DNA from: a plasmid
Reading direction: 5' to 3' (one strand)
Sequence record: NZ_CP104306.1
Length of the DNA: 64,000 nucleotides
In this document: positions 46,142 to 55,135 of the stretch, piece by piece
Layout: the number at the start of each line of letters is the position of its first letter
Position numbering within the stretch: position 1 is the first letter of the stretch
The notes under the pieces: generated by a model
The model's input: only the letters and a program-made list of their open reading frames with translations
What the model was told of the DNA's origin: nothing
Databases searched by the model: none
Position numbers and translations under genes: made by a program

Positions 46142-48025
46142 GTGATCCTCATGTCAATAGAGAATAAGGAACGTCTTTGGTTGCTATCATTTATGGCTGC
46201 CTTTTTGGTTACGGTTGTTGTTGGTATTGTGATCACTAACTACCAATATGGCGGGAAAGCGTATTACATGACGATTGATAACACGCCGACTATCACACGC
46301 GTCGCCGTCCCTGTCGGAATCACTGTACGAGGCTATACATATCAGGGAACGGCAAGAGACGCACAAGGACAGACAAAGAAGCTTAAGTTCAGCACGAATG
46401 AGCGTGACACTGGCCCATTTAGAAAAAATCAGCAAGTAAAAATCACGGTGAACAAGAACTTTGGCGTTGTGGGTTATCAGAGAGTACAAGGGCAGGGAGA
46501 GCCCGGTGTAGGTGATGTATACAGGTCATTAAATCTAACCGTAGGAAAGGTGCTACCTCTTTCAGCTCTGACTGCAATCACGGCCACCCTTTTGAGCTTG
46601 CTTATTCCTCTCGCCATTTTTCTACAAAAAACGCCAGACTCGGATGCCGTTGAAACAGCAACAATTCAAATTAGAATAATCAACGTTAAAGTCTTGGTAT
46701 ATGCCTTTACTTTTATCTGTTTTGCCTTTCTTTTGTGGGGAATAGACTCAATCAAAATTATACTTTTACTACCATATAGCGTAGGTGTAATTCTCATACT
46801 TTCAACCCTTGTTAAGTCAGTAAGATGGATAACAGACTGGAGCTGGGAACCTGAAACAGGATTTCGCAGCATACAAGAGAACAAAGTAATCAAAGAGTCC
46901 AAGTTAACTACTAACCAACGTAAGTTAGTTTGGGAAAGGATGCTAAATTCTGATAATAGGATTAAAGTAAACCAGGCGGGTAAACTTGTAGAACTATTTG
47001 ACATAAACTATCAGTATTTTGATACTGAAGGGCAAGTTTGGATGATTGAAACAACATTCAGATACATTAACGAAGATTACTCAAAGGGCGGTTGGTGGAA
47101 TTCAGATTTTTTTAAATATTCATTTGAAAAGTTATTGGCATCAGTTCAAAAACAAACTGAAGCTAATACCACAAATAAAAATGTATCGACTACAGCATAT
47201 GAGTATTCCCAAGAAGAAATTGTATGGATAGAATATTTAAACAAAACATGCAAACTGATTGAAGAAAATGGAAGCCAACAGGACCTAATCCCGGAAGCTA
47301 TTAAATCAAATATGAAATATGTTGACAACAATAAAGCAAAAGAATTTATTTCTAATTGTATTTTCGACTATTGTCGAAATTCAATCGGCTTGGTTTACCA
47401 AGACTTTGGAAATGAATGGGAAATTAGTTATCAAGAATTAATTAAGGACGAAAAACAAAATAATACACAGTGGGTATTGCTAGATACCTTCCTAAATCAC
47501 ATGAGAAATGAGATGATGAACGACTATAACACAAATTCACATAGGCAGTATGCAAACAGTAATGATGCAATTTTTGAGAACCTTTTTAAGGATGCGGATT
47601 CTATTTTATTTGGTAGGCTTGAAACACTCTTTTTCACGCTCGATGTAGATGGAGAAAACGGCACAGATTATATTGCATATGTGCGTCAAATCCTCTTAAA
47701 AAGGCAAGCTTTTGGATATTGGCAAAGAATATGGGATCGTGCTGGAATATTGACCGAAGTACAAAAACAGTCAGCCATTGAGGCATCGAGAACTAAAAGG
47801 CAATTGGAAACCTTAAAAATTGGAACATTAATTTATCCTCAACTTACAAGTGAAGAAGCATATAGAAAGTACACGATTAAAATTCAGAGTTGTTTTGATA
47901 TATTAATTCGGGAAGAGAAAAATCAAGAAGACAGAGCAAGTCAGGTCCTTAAGTCAAAAATAGAATCATTAAAATCAACGATTGATAGAATATCAATACT
48001 GCAAAGGCAAATACCAAATTCATAG
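46142..48025 (+). CDS. Novel 627-aa membrane protein: N-terminal YxeA/DUF1093-like domain, multi-TM segment and a large uncharacterised Asn/Lys/Glu-rich C-terminal domain
   Basis: An N-terminal transmembrane segment, then NYQYGGKAYYMTI...KLKFST...VGYQRV, a YxeA-like pattern. Hydrophobic helices at residues 135-225. Low GC (about 32%). RBS aggggtga upstream. Confidence 0.5.
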   Translation: MILMSIENKERLWLLSFMAAFLVTVVVGIVITNYQYGGKAYYMTIDNTPTITRVAVPVGITVRGYTYQGTARDAQGQTKKLKFSTNERDTGPFRKNQQVKITVNKNFGVVGYQRVQGQGEPGVGDVYRSLNLTVGKVLPLSALTAITATLLSLLIPLAIFLQKTPDSDAVETATIQIRIINVKVLVYAFTFICFAFLLWGIDSIKIILLLPYSVGVILILSTLVKSVRWITDWSWEPETGFRSIQENKVIKESKLTTNQRKLVWERMLNSDNRIKVNQAGKLVELFDINYQYFDTEGQVWMIETTFRYINEDYSKGGWWNSDFFKYSFEKLLASVQKQTEANTTNKNVSTTAYEYSQEEIVWIEYLNKTCKLIEENGSQQDLIPEAIKSNMKYVDNNKAKEFISNCIFDYCRNSIGLVYQDFGNEWEISYQELIKDEKQNNTQWVLLDTFLNHMRNEMMNDYNTNSHRQYANSNDAIFENLFKDADSILFGRLETLFFTLDVDGENGTDYIAYVRQILLKRQAFGYWQRIWDRAGILTEVQKQSAIEASRTKRQLETLKIGTLIYPQLTSEEAYRKYTIKIQSCFDILIREEKNQEDRASQVLKSKIESLKSTIDRISILQRQIPNS

Positions 48026-48070
48026 ATTGCAATAATAGAGATACTACTTTGCAAGAGGCTTGTTCACAGT
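48022..48070. repeat. Degenerate IS30-end (inverted repeat) remnant, about 81% identical to the IS30 right end
   Basis: catagattgcaataatagagatactactttgcaagaggcttgttcacag compared with cctagattgcaataataaagttaccacctagaaagaggcttgctcactg. It contains the stop codon of the 627-aa ORF. Confidence 0.4.
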
Positions 48071-48217
48071 TTCTGATGAAGATTTGAGGAAGCTAGAAAA
48101 TGCAATGGATAATGTGAACAAAAAATGAATTGGCAACATTAAGGTGTACCCTATTGTAACTAAAGTGAGAAGGGAGTATTATTAGTTACATATAAGTGAC
48201 CCGGAGGCGACCTAGAA

Positions 48218-48868
48218 TTGGCTAAAATCGGTTATGCGCGTGTTAGTACGCGTGATCAAAATCTTGCACGTCAAATTGAACAGCTACATGATGCCGGTGT
48301 TAATAAAATCTTTCAAGAGAAGCTTTCAGGTAAAAATGCCGATCGTCCTCAACTAAAAGCAATGTTAGACTATATTCGTGATGATGATGAAGTAGTGGTA
48401 TTGAGCCTTGATCGACTTGGTCGCAATTCTCATGATTTGACTGACATCATCGAAACCATTCGCCATCGTGGAGCTCAATTGAATGTTCTAAATCTGCCTA
48501 GCTTTGCAAGTATTGAAGATCCTAACCTTCGTAACTTGATTACGACAATTATTGTCGAACTATATAAGTATATTGCTCAAGAAGAGCGCGAAACTATTAA
48601 GATACGGCAACAACAAGGCATAGAAATTGCCAAACGCCAGGGCAAATATAAGGGCAAAATTCGCGAATATGGTCCTCATTCACCTAATCGTCAAAAACGC
48701 TATATTTATAAAGAAGCCTGTCGCCTTTTAAATAGGAAGAAAGACGGAGATGAAACTCTGACCAAGCGACAAATTGCTCGCATGTTAGGTATTGCACCAG
48801 TAACCTTATATCGCATCGAAAAGTACCAGGCAGAAGATCTAGCAAACGTTCCCCCTAGTGAGAGGTAA
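48218..48868 (+). CDS. Serine recombinase (resolvase/invertase family), intact
   Basis: MAKIGYARVSTRDQNLARQ contains the catalytic Ser. LSLDRLGRN follows, and a C-terminal HTH (TKRQIARMLGIAPVTLYR). Confidence 0.8.
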   Translation: MAKIGYARVSTRDQNLARQIEQLHDAGVNKIFQEKLSGKNADRPQLKAMLDYIRDDDEVVVLSLDRLGRNSHDLTDIIETIRHRGAQLNVLNLPSFASIEDPNLRNLITTIIVELYKYIAQEERETIKIRQQQGIEIAKRQGKYKGKIREYGPHSPNRQKRYIYKEACRLLNRKKDGDETLTKRQIARMLGIAPVTLYRIEKYQAEDLANVPPSER

Positions 48869-48873
48869 ACATC

Positions 48874-49158
48874 ATGATAGATTTAAGGGGCAAACGAATT
48901 CTCTTTACCGGCCGTTTGCGATCTTTTCGTCGTTTCCAGGCACAACAGTTAGCAACTATTCTAGGAGCAAAACCTGTCAACGGGATTGACAAAAATGTCG
49001 ATATCCTTGTGGTTGGTATTATTAGCAAACCCTATGATCAACTACTTACTACTCAAAAGTTAACGTATGCTAGAACCTATGGCATTCCAAAGATTGACGA
49101 ATTAGCCTTTATTTCATGGTGCCAATGGCGATTAGATCAATTGAAAACAACTCTTTAA
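48874..49158 (+). CDS. Stand-alone BRCT-domain protein (94 aa)
   Basis: GKRILFTGRL...A..LGAKPVNGIDKNVDILVVG resembles the LigA-type BRCT consensus. It starts 5 nt after the resolvase stop. Confidence 0.55.
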   Translation: MIDLRGKRILFTGRLRSFRRFQAQQLATILGAKPVNGIDKNVDILVVGIISKPYDQLLTTQKLTYARTYGIPKIDELAFISWCQWRLDQLKTTL

Positions 49159-49187
49159 GTACCTTCTTATCAAACGGGGAGATTAGT

Positions 49188-49520
49188 ATGCAAAAGCGTA
49201 TCGATTTGGCCAATCAAACGTTTGGACGACTCACAGTCATTAGTTTTTTGGGAAGCAGTTCTAATGGAAACGCGCTTTGGCTCTGTCAATGTCAATGTGG
49301 AAATAAATGTATTGTTGACAGTCAACGACTTCAAAAAGGATTCACTCGCAGTTGTGGGTGTTTGCGATCAGAAATAAGCAGATCAAACATAAAAGCTAAT
49401 AACCAGACTAAAAAATACATGGGCAATCCTAAGAATTTTCAACTAATTAATCGAACAAATTTAGTTGCTTCTACACTTAAACGATCCAATAACAAATTCG
49501 GCATGATAGGTATTAGTTAG
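49188..49520 (+). CDS. Zinc-ribbon protein (FGRLTV...WLCQCQCGN...SCGCL), phage-type
   Basis: A four-Cys cluster with a conserved FGRLTVI lead. RBS ggggaga lies before the ATG at 49188. The six-frame ORF starts at 49116, overlapping the BRCT gene. Confidence 0.4.
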   Translation: MQKRIDLANQTFGRLTVISFLGSSSNGNALWLCQCQCGNKCIVDSQRLQKGFTRSCGCLRSEISRSNIKANNQTKKYMGNPKNFQLINRTNLVASTLKRSNNKFGMIGIS

Positions 49521-49838
49521 GCTAAAACGACTCAAAATTAGGTAGCACAACTTCACTTTCAAAGCCATCTTAATAAACCGTGTATATGTTCATGCGGAGG
49601 GTGCAATCGCTGCTCCAAAGACAGCAAAAAAGGATATCATTCCTTTGCAAGAGCAATATAATCAATCACACCAACAAAATTAAACAAATTGATCAGACAA
49701 TCCGAGTAGGCGCAAATCCCATTGCTTATACTGCCGATGAACCTATAGAAAAGGCGCTTCGTCATAAAATGGTTCAGTACTGTAATCCTCCAAATGGCAT
49801 AAATATTAAGACTAGTTTTCAAGAAAGGAAGCCGTAAC

Positions 49839-50210
49839 GTGCGTTTATGGCATCAAGATTTAATTCAGCAACTCCCAAGACAACAATTATTGGGACAGCA
49901 TCGTGAAATCGCGGCGCTTCGCGGTAATGGATGGGGACGGAAACACGCTACCGTTAATTACGTATTTGCACATTCCCCATATAAATTATTTCAATTTCAC
50001 TGTATTGTGTTACGTGAAATGGAAAAACGAGGTTATCATCCAGATCAGAAATGGTATGATCCTCTGTATCGAGGTCAACATTGCCCAGCATACAAACAAC
50101 TCAATCCGGTTGCACTCACAATACCCATCTATCCTGAGCATGACCAACGATATAAACATGTTTGCTTAACCAATTTACAAAACAAGGGAATCTTTTTAAA
50201 CCTTCCGTGA
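49839..50210 (+). CDS. Pyrimidine-dimer DNA glycosylase-like protein (T4 endoV/TIGR02328-like)
   Basis: MRLWHQDLIQQLPRQQLLGQHREIAALRGNGWGRKH resembles the conserved N-terminus of this family. Confidence 0.4.
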   Translation: MRLWHQDLIQQLPRQQLLGQHREIAALRGNGWGRKHATVNYVFAHSPYKLFQFHCIVLREMEKRGYHPDQKWYDPLYRGQHCPAYKQLNPVALTIPIYPEHDQRYKHVCLTNLQNKGIFLNLP

Positions 50211-50304
50211 TCCTAGTCTGCGATGTTCATCTTGGGACATAGGATTGACAAAATAGTATCTCAACAATATATTTACTAAAAGTAAATAAATAGCCAGTAT
50301 TACG

Positions 50305-50721
50305 TTGATAGGAGAAAATCAAATGGTAAACCTTACAGAAGAAATGAAAAATATGTTAAAGAATCAGCTCCCCTTTCTAGCAACAACAGGAAAAGATGGC
50401 AAACCTCAAGTTGGTCCCAAGGGTTCACTACATGTCTTAGATGACTCACATTTAATCTACTTTGAGCATACCTTCAGGCAAGCCTATGATAATCTCTCGA
50501 GCAACCATTTGGCGGCGGTTGCGGTTGCTGATAGAGGCGCTCAAAAGGGATTTCGCTTTGAGGGAACGGCTCATATTCATGAAGCAGATGACTTTGCTAA
50601 TCAGATTCTAGATAAAACTAACATCTTTGATCGTTTCCCACGCGCTGGCGTGGTGGTCATTGATGTTGAACGAATCTATAAATTGGATAATACCTTAGAA
50701 GCTGGTATTCAAATCGCCTAG
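50305..50721 (+). CDS. Pyridoxamine 5'-phosphate oxidase-like FMN-binding protein (general stress protein 26-like)
   Basis: LATTGKDGKPQVGPKG...GFRFEGTAHIHE has the split-barrel pattern. Confidence 0.6.
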   Translation: MIGENQMVNLTEEMKNMLKNQLPFLATTGKDGKPQVGPKGSLHVLDDSHLIYFEHTFRQAYDNLSSNHLAAVAVADRGAQKGFRFEGTAHIHEADDFANQILDKTNIFDRFPRAGVVVIDVERIYKLDNTLEAGIQIA

Positions 50722-50859
50722 GGTTTTTAAAACAAATTCAACCGAGTAAGTCGAAGAACTTTTTAGTGTCCAAACTCATACAGTGTTTATTTCATGTCAT
50801 TAAGTATTCATTAGCAAGCAGTTTTGTTATACTTTGGTTAGAAGTGATAGAAGTACGTC

Positions 50860-51910
50860 CCTAGATTGCATAATTAAAGTTACCACCCAGAAAATGTGAA
50901 AAAAGACCTGTCCGTTCTTGCTAAAATGGTGTTTGCATAACATACCATCTAGAGAGAAGGACAGGTCCCATGGCCATTATAACCTTAATTGAACGATCTC
51001 AGATAGAACTGATGCAACACCACACGATTCAATACATCGCCGCGACCTTAGGCCGCTCTCGTATTTCTATTAGGCATGAGCTTCACCGTTGCCCTGAAGG
51101 TGATTACTGCGCCATTATAGCTCAGGATCATGCCGATACTTGTCGGCATCGTTGTGGTCGGCACTCGATTTTAACGCCTAAGTTGAAGCGGATGGTAACT
51201 GAGAAGCTAAACCTAGGTTGGTCCCCTGAAATGGTCGGTTATGCCGTTCACTGTGCGCCACACACGATTTACCACTGGATTTATCAAAGACAAGTCGATT
51301 TTCAGCCAAGCCAACTCTTTGATCACGGTAAACGTCATAAAAGAAGACAAGACCTTCGATCGCGCTATAACCAAGCAGTAGGCACCTCAATTGAGATTCG
51401 CAGTGAGTCAGCTAATCGGCGAACCGAAAAAGGACATTTAGAGATGGATACAGTTCGCGGTGGTCGCGGGTCAAAGGCTGCTGTTTTGACCATTGTCGAT
51501 CGGGTGACACGTTTAATGGCGACAACTAAGCTTGAAAACTTATCACAAAATGCTGTTCTCAAGGGATTTGCAAGACTGATGGTGGACTTTCCGGGTCCGG
51601 TTCGATCAGTGACGGTTGATCACGGTAAAGAGTTTTCCTGCGATCAGGCGCTTACAAAGCGCTATCGGATACCGGTTTACTTTTGCCATGCCTATCACCC
51701 GAATGAACGGGGCACAAATGAACGGTTCAATCGAGAACTTCGCTACTATTTCCCGAAGGGAACACAGTTTGATCAGGTTTCAGAGACCGATATTCAACAA
51801 GCCACAGCGCTTATCAATAACAAACCTAGAAAATGTCTCCGTTGGCAAACCCCAGTTCAAGCAGTGAGCAAGCCTCTTTCTAGGTGGTAACTTTATTATT
51901 GCAATCTAGG
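50860..51910 (+). mobile_element. IS30-family insertion sequence, copy B (1051 bp, inverted relative to copy A), flanked by 4-bp direct repeats CGTC
   Basis: The same terminal inverted repeats as copy A. CGTC at 50856..50859 and 51911..51914. Confidence 0.75.
50970..51890 (+). CDS. IS30-family transposase
   Basis: Differs by one residue (KRRQDL versus KSRQDL) from the copy at 44823..45743. Confidence 0.85.
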   Translation: MAIITLIERSQIELMQHHTIQYIAATLGRSRISIRHELHRCPEGDYCAIIAQDHADTCRHRCGRHSILTPKLKRMVTEKLNLGWSPEMVGYAVHCAPHTIYHWIYQRQVDFQPSQLFDHGKRHKRRQDLRSRYNQAVGTSIEIRSESANRRTEKGHLEMDTVRGGRGSKAAVLTIVDRVTRLMATTKLENLSQNAVLKGFARLMVDFPGPVRSVTVDHGKEFSCDQALTKRYRIPVYFCHAYHPNERGTNERFNRELRYYFPKGTQFDQVSETDIQQATALINNKPRKCLRWQTPVQAVSKPLSRW

Positions 51911-52249
51911 CGTCTAATTCTTAAGAAACCCGTAGCTTACTGTTAACGCCATTACTTCGAGCGTGTCGATTTTCGATACGCCTTTTTTTGTGTTATTGGA
52001 TAAAAATCATCCAATAAAAATGAAATATCAAAAAAGACGACTTCTACTATGGAAAGTCGTCTCTGATGAACCCGTTTTTCTAATACTCATTCATGTTGCA
52101 TCGTCTTGCTTCAAATGCTTGAAATATACAGACATAGTGTTTAAATAAGTTGGCCGGTTTCAGTTTATTAAACTCAATATCAGTCTTAAAATATTGATTC
52201 TTTCCTAATTTAAAGTAACCCAAAAAGATATTAGACAAATTTTGAGATC

Positions 52250-53329
52250 CTAATGATCTTCTTTTAATTGAAAGCTTTTATCCCGAACTTTTTTGACATA
52301 AGCCTTATACTTAGTCTGGCCAAGTGGCGTGACAATTACGACTCGATAATGATTACCAGGCAGGCTGATGTCAGTCACCCCAGTTTGATCTGATTTAAAA
52401 GAATGTATATGTCGACCTCGTTTCACCACGACCTGTGTGGCTTCAGCCGGTACTTCCAGCAAATAATGCTTTCGGCCAAGCATCAAACTGCGCATTACGA
52501 AACCGATCACGCCTAAAATGATCACCGCGCCTAAAAGTGCGACTATTAGCTTTAATTTGTTCCACCAAACCGCCCAACTTGAGGCCTCGTCATCTGCCTT
52601 AACGTAAGGAATTCGGCGACCCGTTATCAACAATCGATGAGAATTAATCATATAAGGCGTGCAGGTCATTAAGGTCACAAGATCCTGTCCCGGCACAATT
52701 CTTAGCTGACGGGTATCACTTGGCTCAATAACCTGGCGCTTAAAGACTTGGTAAGCCAATTTATGATTGCCTATGCTAATAAAAAACTTGTCGCCTTTTT
52801 TTAACGCTGGTACTCGGGTAAAAAGTTCAGCGTTTGGCACACCACGATGCGCTGAAATGACAGCATGGGTATTTTTACCACCAGTTGGATAACTTGTACC
52901 ATCCAATAAACAGGCGCCAAATTGTAGAAGCCAATCGCTTGTATGATCAAAAACCGGCAGACTAAGGCCAATTTTGGGAATCGTCAACTGAGCAACTGTC
53001 TGACGAGTCAAGATTTGTTGATTGCGTTTGGCCGCTGTTTTTGCGGTTCCTTGATCATTAACGGCATGATTAAAACTGGCAACGCCGGGCACTTGCTGAC
53101 TTGCTGCCAACTGTTTATTTTTTTGCTGATAGTCGTTATATTCCCGCCGCAACACGATCTGATTCTTCCGCGCTTCTTGTTGTCGATACCTGTCGATGAC
53201 TTGCTGATTTTGGTAAGAAACGTAAGCATCACTTGCAAATGGATAGCATAAAACACCAAAACCCGCTAAAAGAAGGCATCCAATCACAATATCAATCAAG
53301 CCTAAAGGTCGACGTGTTCGTTTTGTCAC
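52250..53329 (-). CDS. srtC: Pilus-specific class C sortase
   Basis: TLMTCTP is the TLxTC active site. N- and C-terminal transmembrane segments are present. It sits downstream of the pilin genes. Confidence 0.8.
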   Translation of the reverse strand: MTKRTRRPLGLIDIVIGCLLLAGFGVLCYPFASDAYVSYQNQQVIDRYRQQEARKNQIVLRREYNDYQQKNKQLAASQQVPGVASFNHAVNDQGTAKTAAKRNQQILTRQTVAQLTIPKIGLSLPVFDHTSDWLLQFGACLLDGTSYPTGGKNTHAVISAHRGVPNAELFTRVPALKKGDKFFISIGNHKLAYQVFKRQVIEPSDTRQLRIVPGQDLVTLMTCTPYMINSHRLLITGRRIPYVKADDEASSWAVWWNKLKLIVALLGAVIILGVIGFVMRSLMLGRKHYLLEVPAEATQVVVKRGRHIHSFKSDQTGVTDISLPGNHYRVVIVTPLGQTKYKAYVKKVRDKSFQLKEDH

Positions 53330-53402
53330 TCTGATTACCTCGCCATATCAAAACAAGAGCGCCATCGACGCTCTTGCTTGACTCATTTATCTTATTAACT
53401 TT

Positions 53403-54422
53403 TTAGAAACCATTGCGGCGCTTGCGATAGGCAACTGCTCCAAATGCAATTAAGGCAACGCCCAAAATCGCAAAAATGACTGTGCCAGTACCACCAGTGT
53501 GTGGCAGAATACCGCTTGGTGCATCTAGAATGTCGCTAGACGAATTATCAGCTTTAAAGTCTGTATTGGCAGCAGCATCATAACCATCCGGCACTTTTGT
53601 TTCAACTGCCGTGTAAGTTGTGGTGTTATCAGCAAATCCATTTAAGCCAAACTTACCGCTCTTATCAGACGTGAAAACAGTAGCATCGCTTTCAGCAACC
53701 CACGTCAATCGATAGTTATTGGCCAATACATCGATAAATCCTTCGCCGATGCTGACGCTTTGACCATCTTTATCTGTCAACTTCAAAAACTTGCCATCAC
53801 TATTGCTAATCTTAAAGCCGGCTCCTTCAAGCACTTCTTTAGTCTCAGCATCTTTCTTAACAAAAGTGCGCTCATAGGTGGTCTTTTGAACATTCTTTGG
53901 GTAGACATAGACATTCCCGTCGGCTGCTGCCTTGGCTGGTAAGGTTAACCAGAAATCGGCAGACGTGTTATAACCAGCTCGCGGATTGGTTTCATGGAAA
54001 AGATAGACAGCAGCACGAGTCTTACCACTGGCATCTTTTGATTGGGTAGGTAATGCTTGGGTTAGTTGCCCCTTGTCATTAGTCGTACCGGTTGCGGCAA
54101 CCGGAGCACTATCAAAACTGCCTTTATAATCCTTAGGCGATGCCCAATAATTGGCTGTCACGTTGTAAATGGTGAAATCAACGCCTTGTAAAGGCTTAGC
54201 ACCATCGCCGGTCCAAATTTGATCAGTCGCACGATCAATGGCAGTAACATCTTTGTCAAACCCGTATTTAGTAAGGACAACGTTTTGTGTTGTCGTATCA
54301 TTCGTATCTGCTTGAACCCGAGTGCCATTAAACCCGAGAACCATCAGTAATGTCATTAGGATCGTGCTGGTTAATGTCAGCACTTTCTTGGCAATTGTCT
54401 TTTTCATTCTTATCTCTCCCAC
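53403..54422 (-). CDS. spaA: Major pilin (SpaA-like backbone pilin)
   Basis: A signal peptide, the YPKN pilin motif (VYVYPKNVQK), and the LPHTGGTG sorting signal followed by a transmembrane segment and KRRNGF tail. Confidence 0.75.
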   Translation of the reverse strand: MGEIRMKKTIAKKVLTLTSTILMTLLMVLGFNGTRVQADTNDTTTQNVVLTKYGFDKDVTAIDRATDQIWTGDGAKPLQGVDFTIYNVTANYWASPKDYKGSFDSAPVAATGTTNDKGQLTQALPTQSKDASGKTRAAVYLFHETNPRAGYNTSADFWLTLPAKAAADGNVYVYPKNVQKTTYERTFVKKDAETKEVLEGAGFKISNSDGKFLKLTDKDGQSVSIGEGFIDVLANNYRLTWVAESDATVFTSDKSGKFGLNGFADNTTTYTAVETKVPDGYDAAANTDFKADNSSSDILDAPSGILPHTGGTGTVIFAILGVALIAFGAVAYRKRRNGF

Positions 54423-55135
54423 TTATTAATTTTTTGGTTTTTTATGTTAAAAGCAAGTACTGTCGCGAAGATTATCAACCCGAGCATTGAAAGCCAAGCT
54501 GCAACTGTATCACCCGTTTGTGGCAACAATTGACGTATTTTCTTTGGAACTTTTTTGGGGGCATCGGTGTGACGACTTACCATTTTGTTCTTAGGAAATA
54601 AATCAATGCGTGATTGATTCCCATGTTGAAGGTTGCTTGACATGACAACCACAAGATTCTGACTGGCTTCAATATTTTTAGGTGCTGCCGTTTCTTTAAA
54701 AAGATAAACCGCAGCATGCTGCCCCTGTCGGAGTGGTAAATCGCCAAAGTACGCTTCTCCCTGACCAGCCGTCACAACCTGTGCGATAAGGCTGGAGCTA
54801 GCAGGCTGATAGCTATCTTGACTCAACGTCGTTTGTGCTGCTTCAATCGCACCGCCATTTTTGGAGACAAGCTGCCAAAAGTCAGCGGTCACGTCATAAA
54901 CTGTGAACGTCACACCGTTTAACGGCACATCTGCCTGCGAAAAGTCGGGTTTTGTTGTCCCGTTATTTGCTTGTTGAGTTGGCAAGGTATCTTTAAACAA
55001 CAGCTTATGCAACACAACATCAACAGTGGTCGGCACAGTTGCCGCCTGTGTCTGCTGCAACGTTGTCGTTGCCAAACTGACTAGTAGTGCCAAGCAAAAG
55101 GTCAAAATCACTAACGGACGGAAGGATTTAGTCAT
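54410..55135 (-). CDS. spaB: Minor/basal pilin (SpaB-like)
   Basis: A 241-aa protein with a signal peptide, LPQTGDT sorting signal and a C-terminal transmembrane segment. Confidence 0.65.
   Translation of the reverse strand: MTKSFRPLVILTFCLALLVSLATTTLQQTQAATVPTTVDVVLHKLLFKDTLPTQQANNGTTKPDFSQADVPLNGVTFTVYDVTADFWQLVSKNGGAIEAAQTTLSQDSYQPASSSLIAQVVTAGQGEAYFGDLPLRQGQHAAVYLFKETAAPKNIEASQNLVVVMSSNLQHGNQSRIDLFPKNKMVSRHTDAPKKVPKKIRQLLPQTGDTVAAWLSMLGLIIFATVLAFNIKNQKINKWER

Noticed and set aside
44803-51910. The IS30 pair plus cargo interpreted as a single composite transposon that inserted as a unit
   Set aside because: Each IS copy has its own matching 4-bp flanking repeat (ACTT and CGTC) rather than one direct repeat spanning the outer ends. 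Independent insertions are more likely, though a composite origin is not fully excluded.
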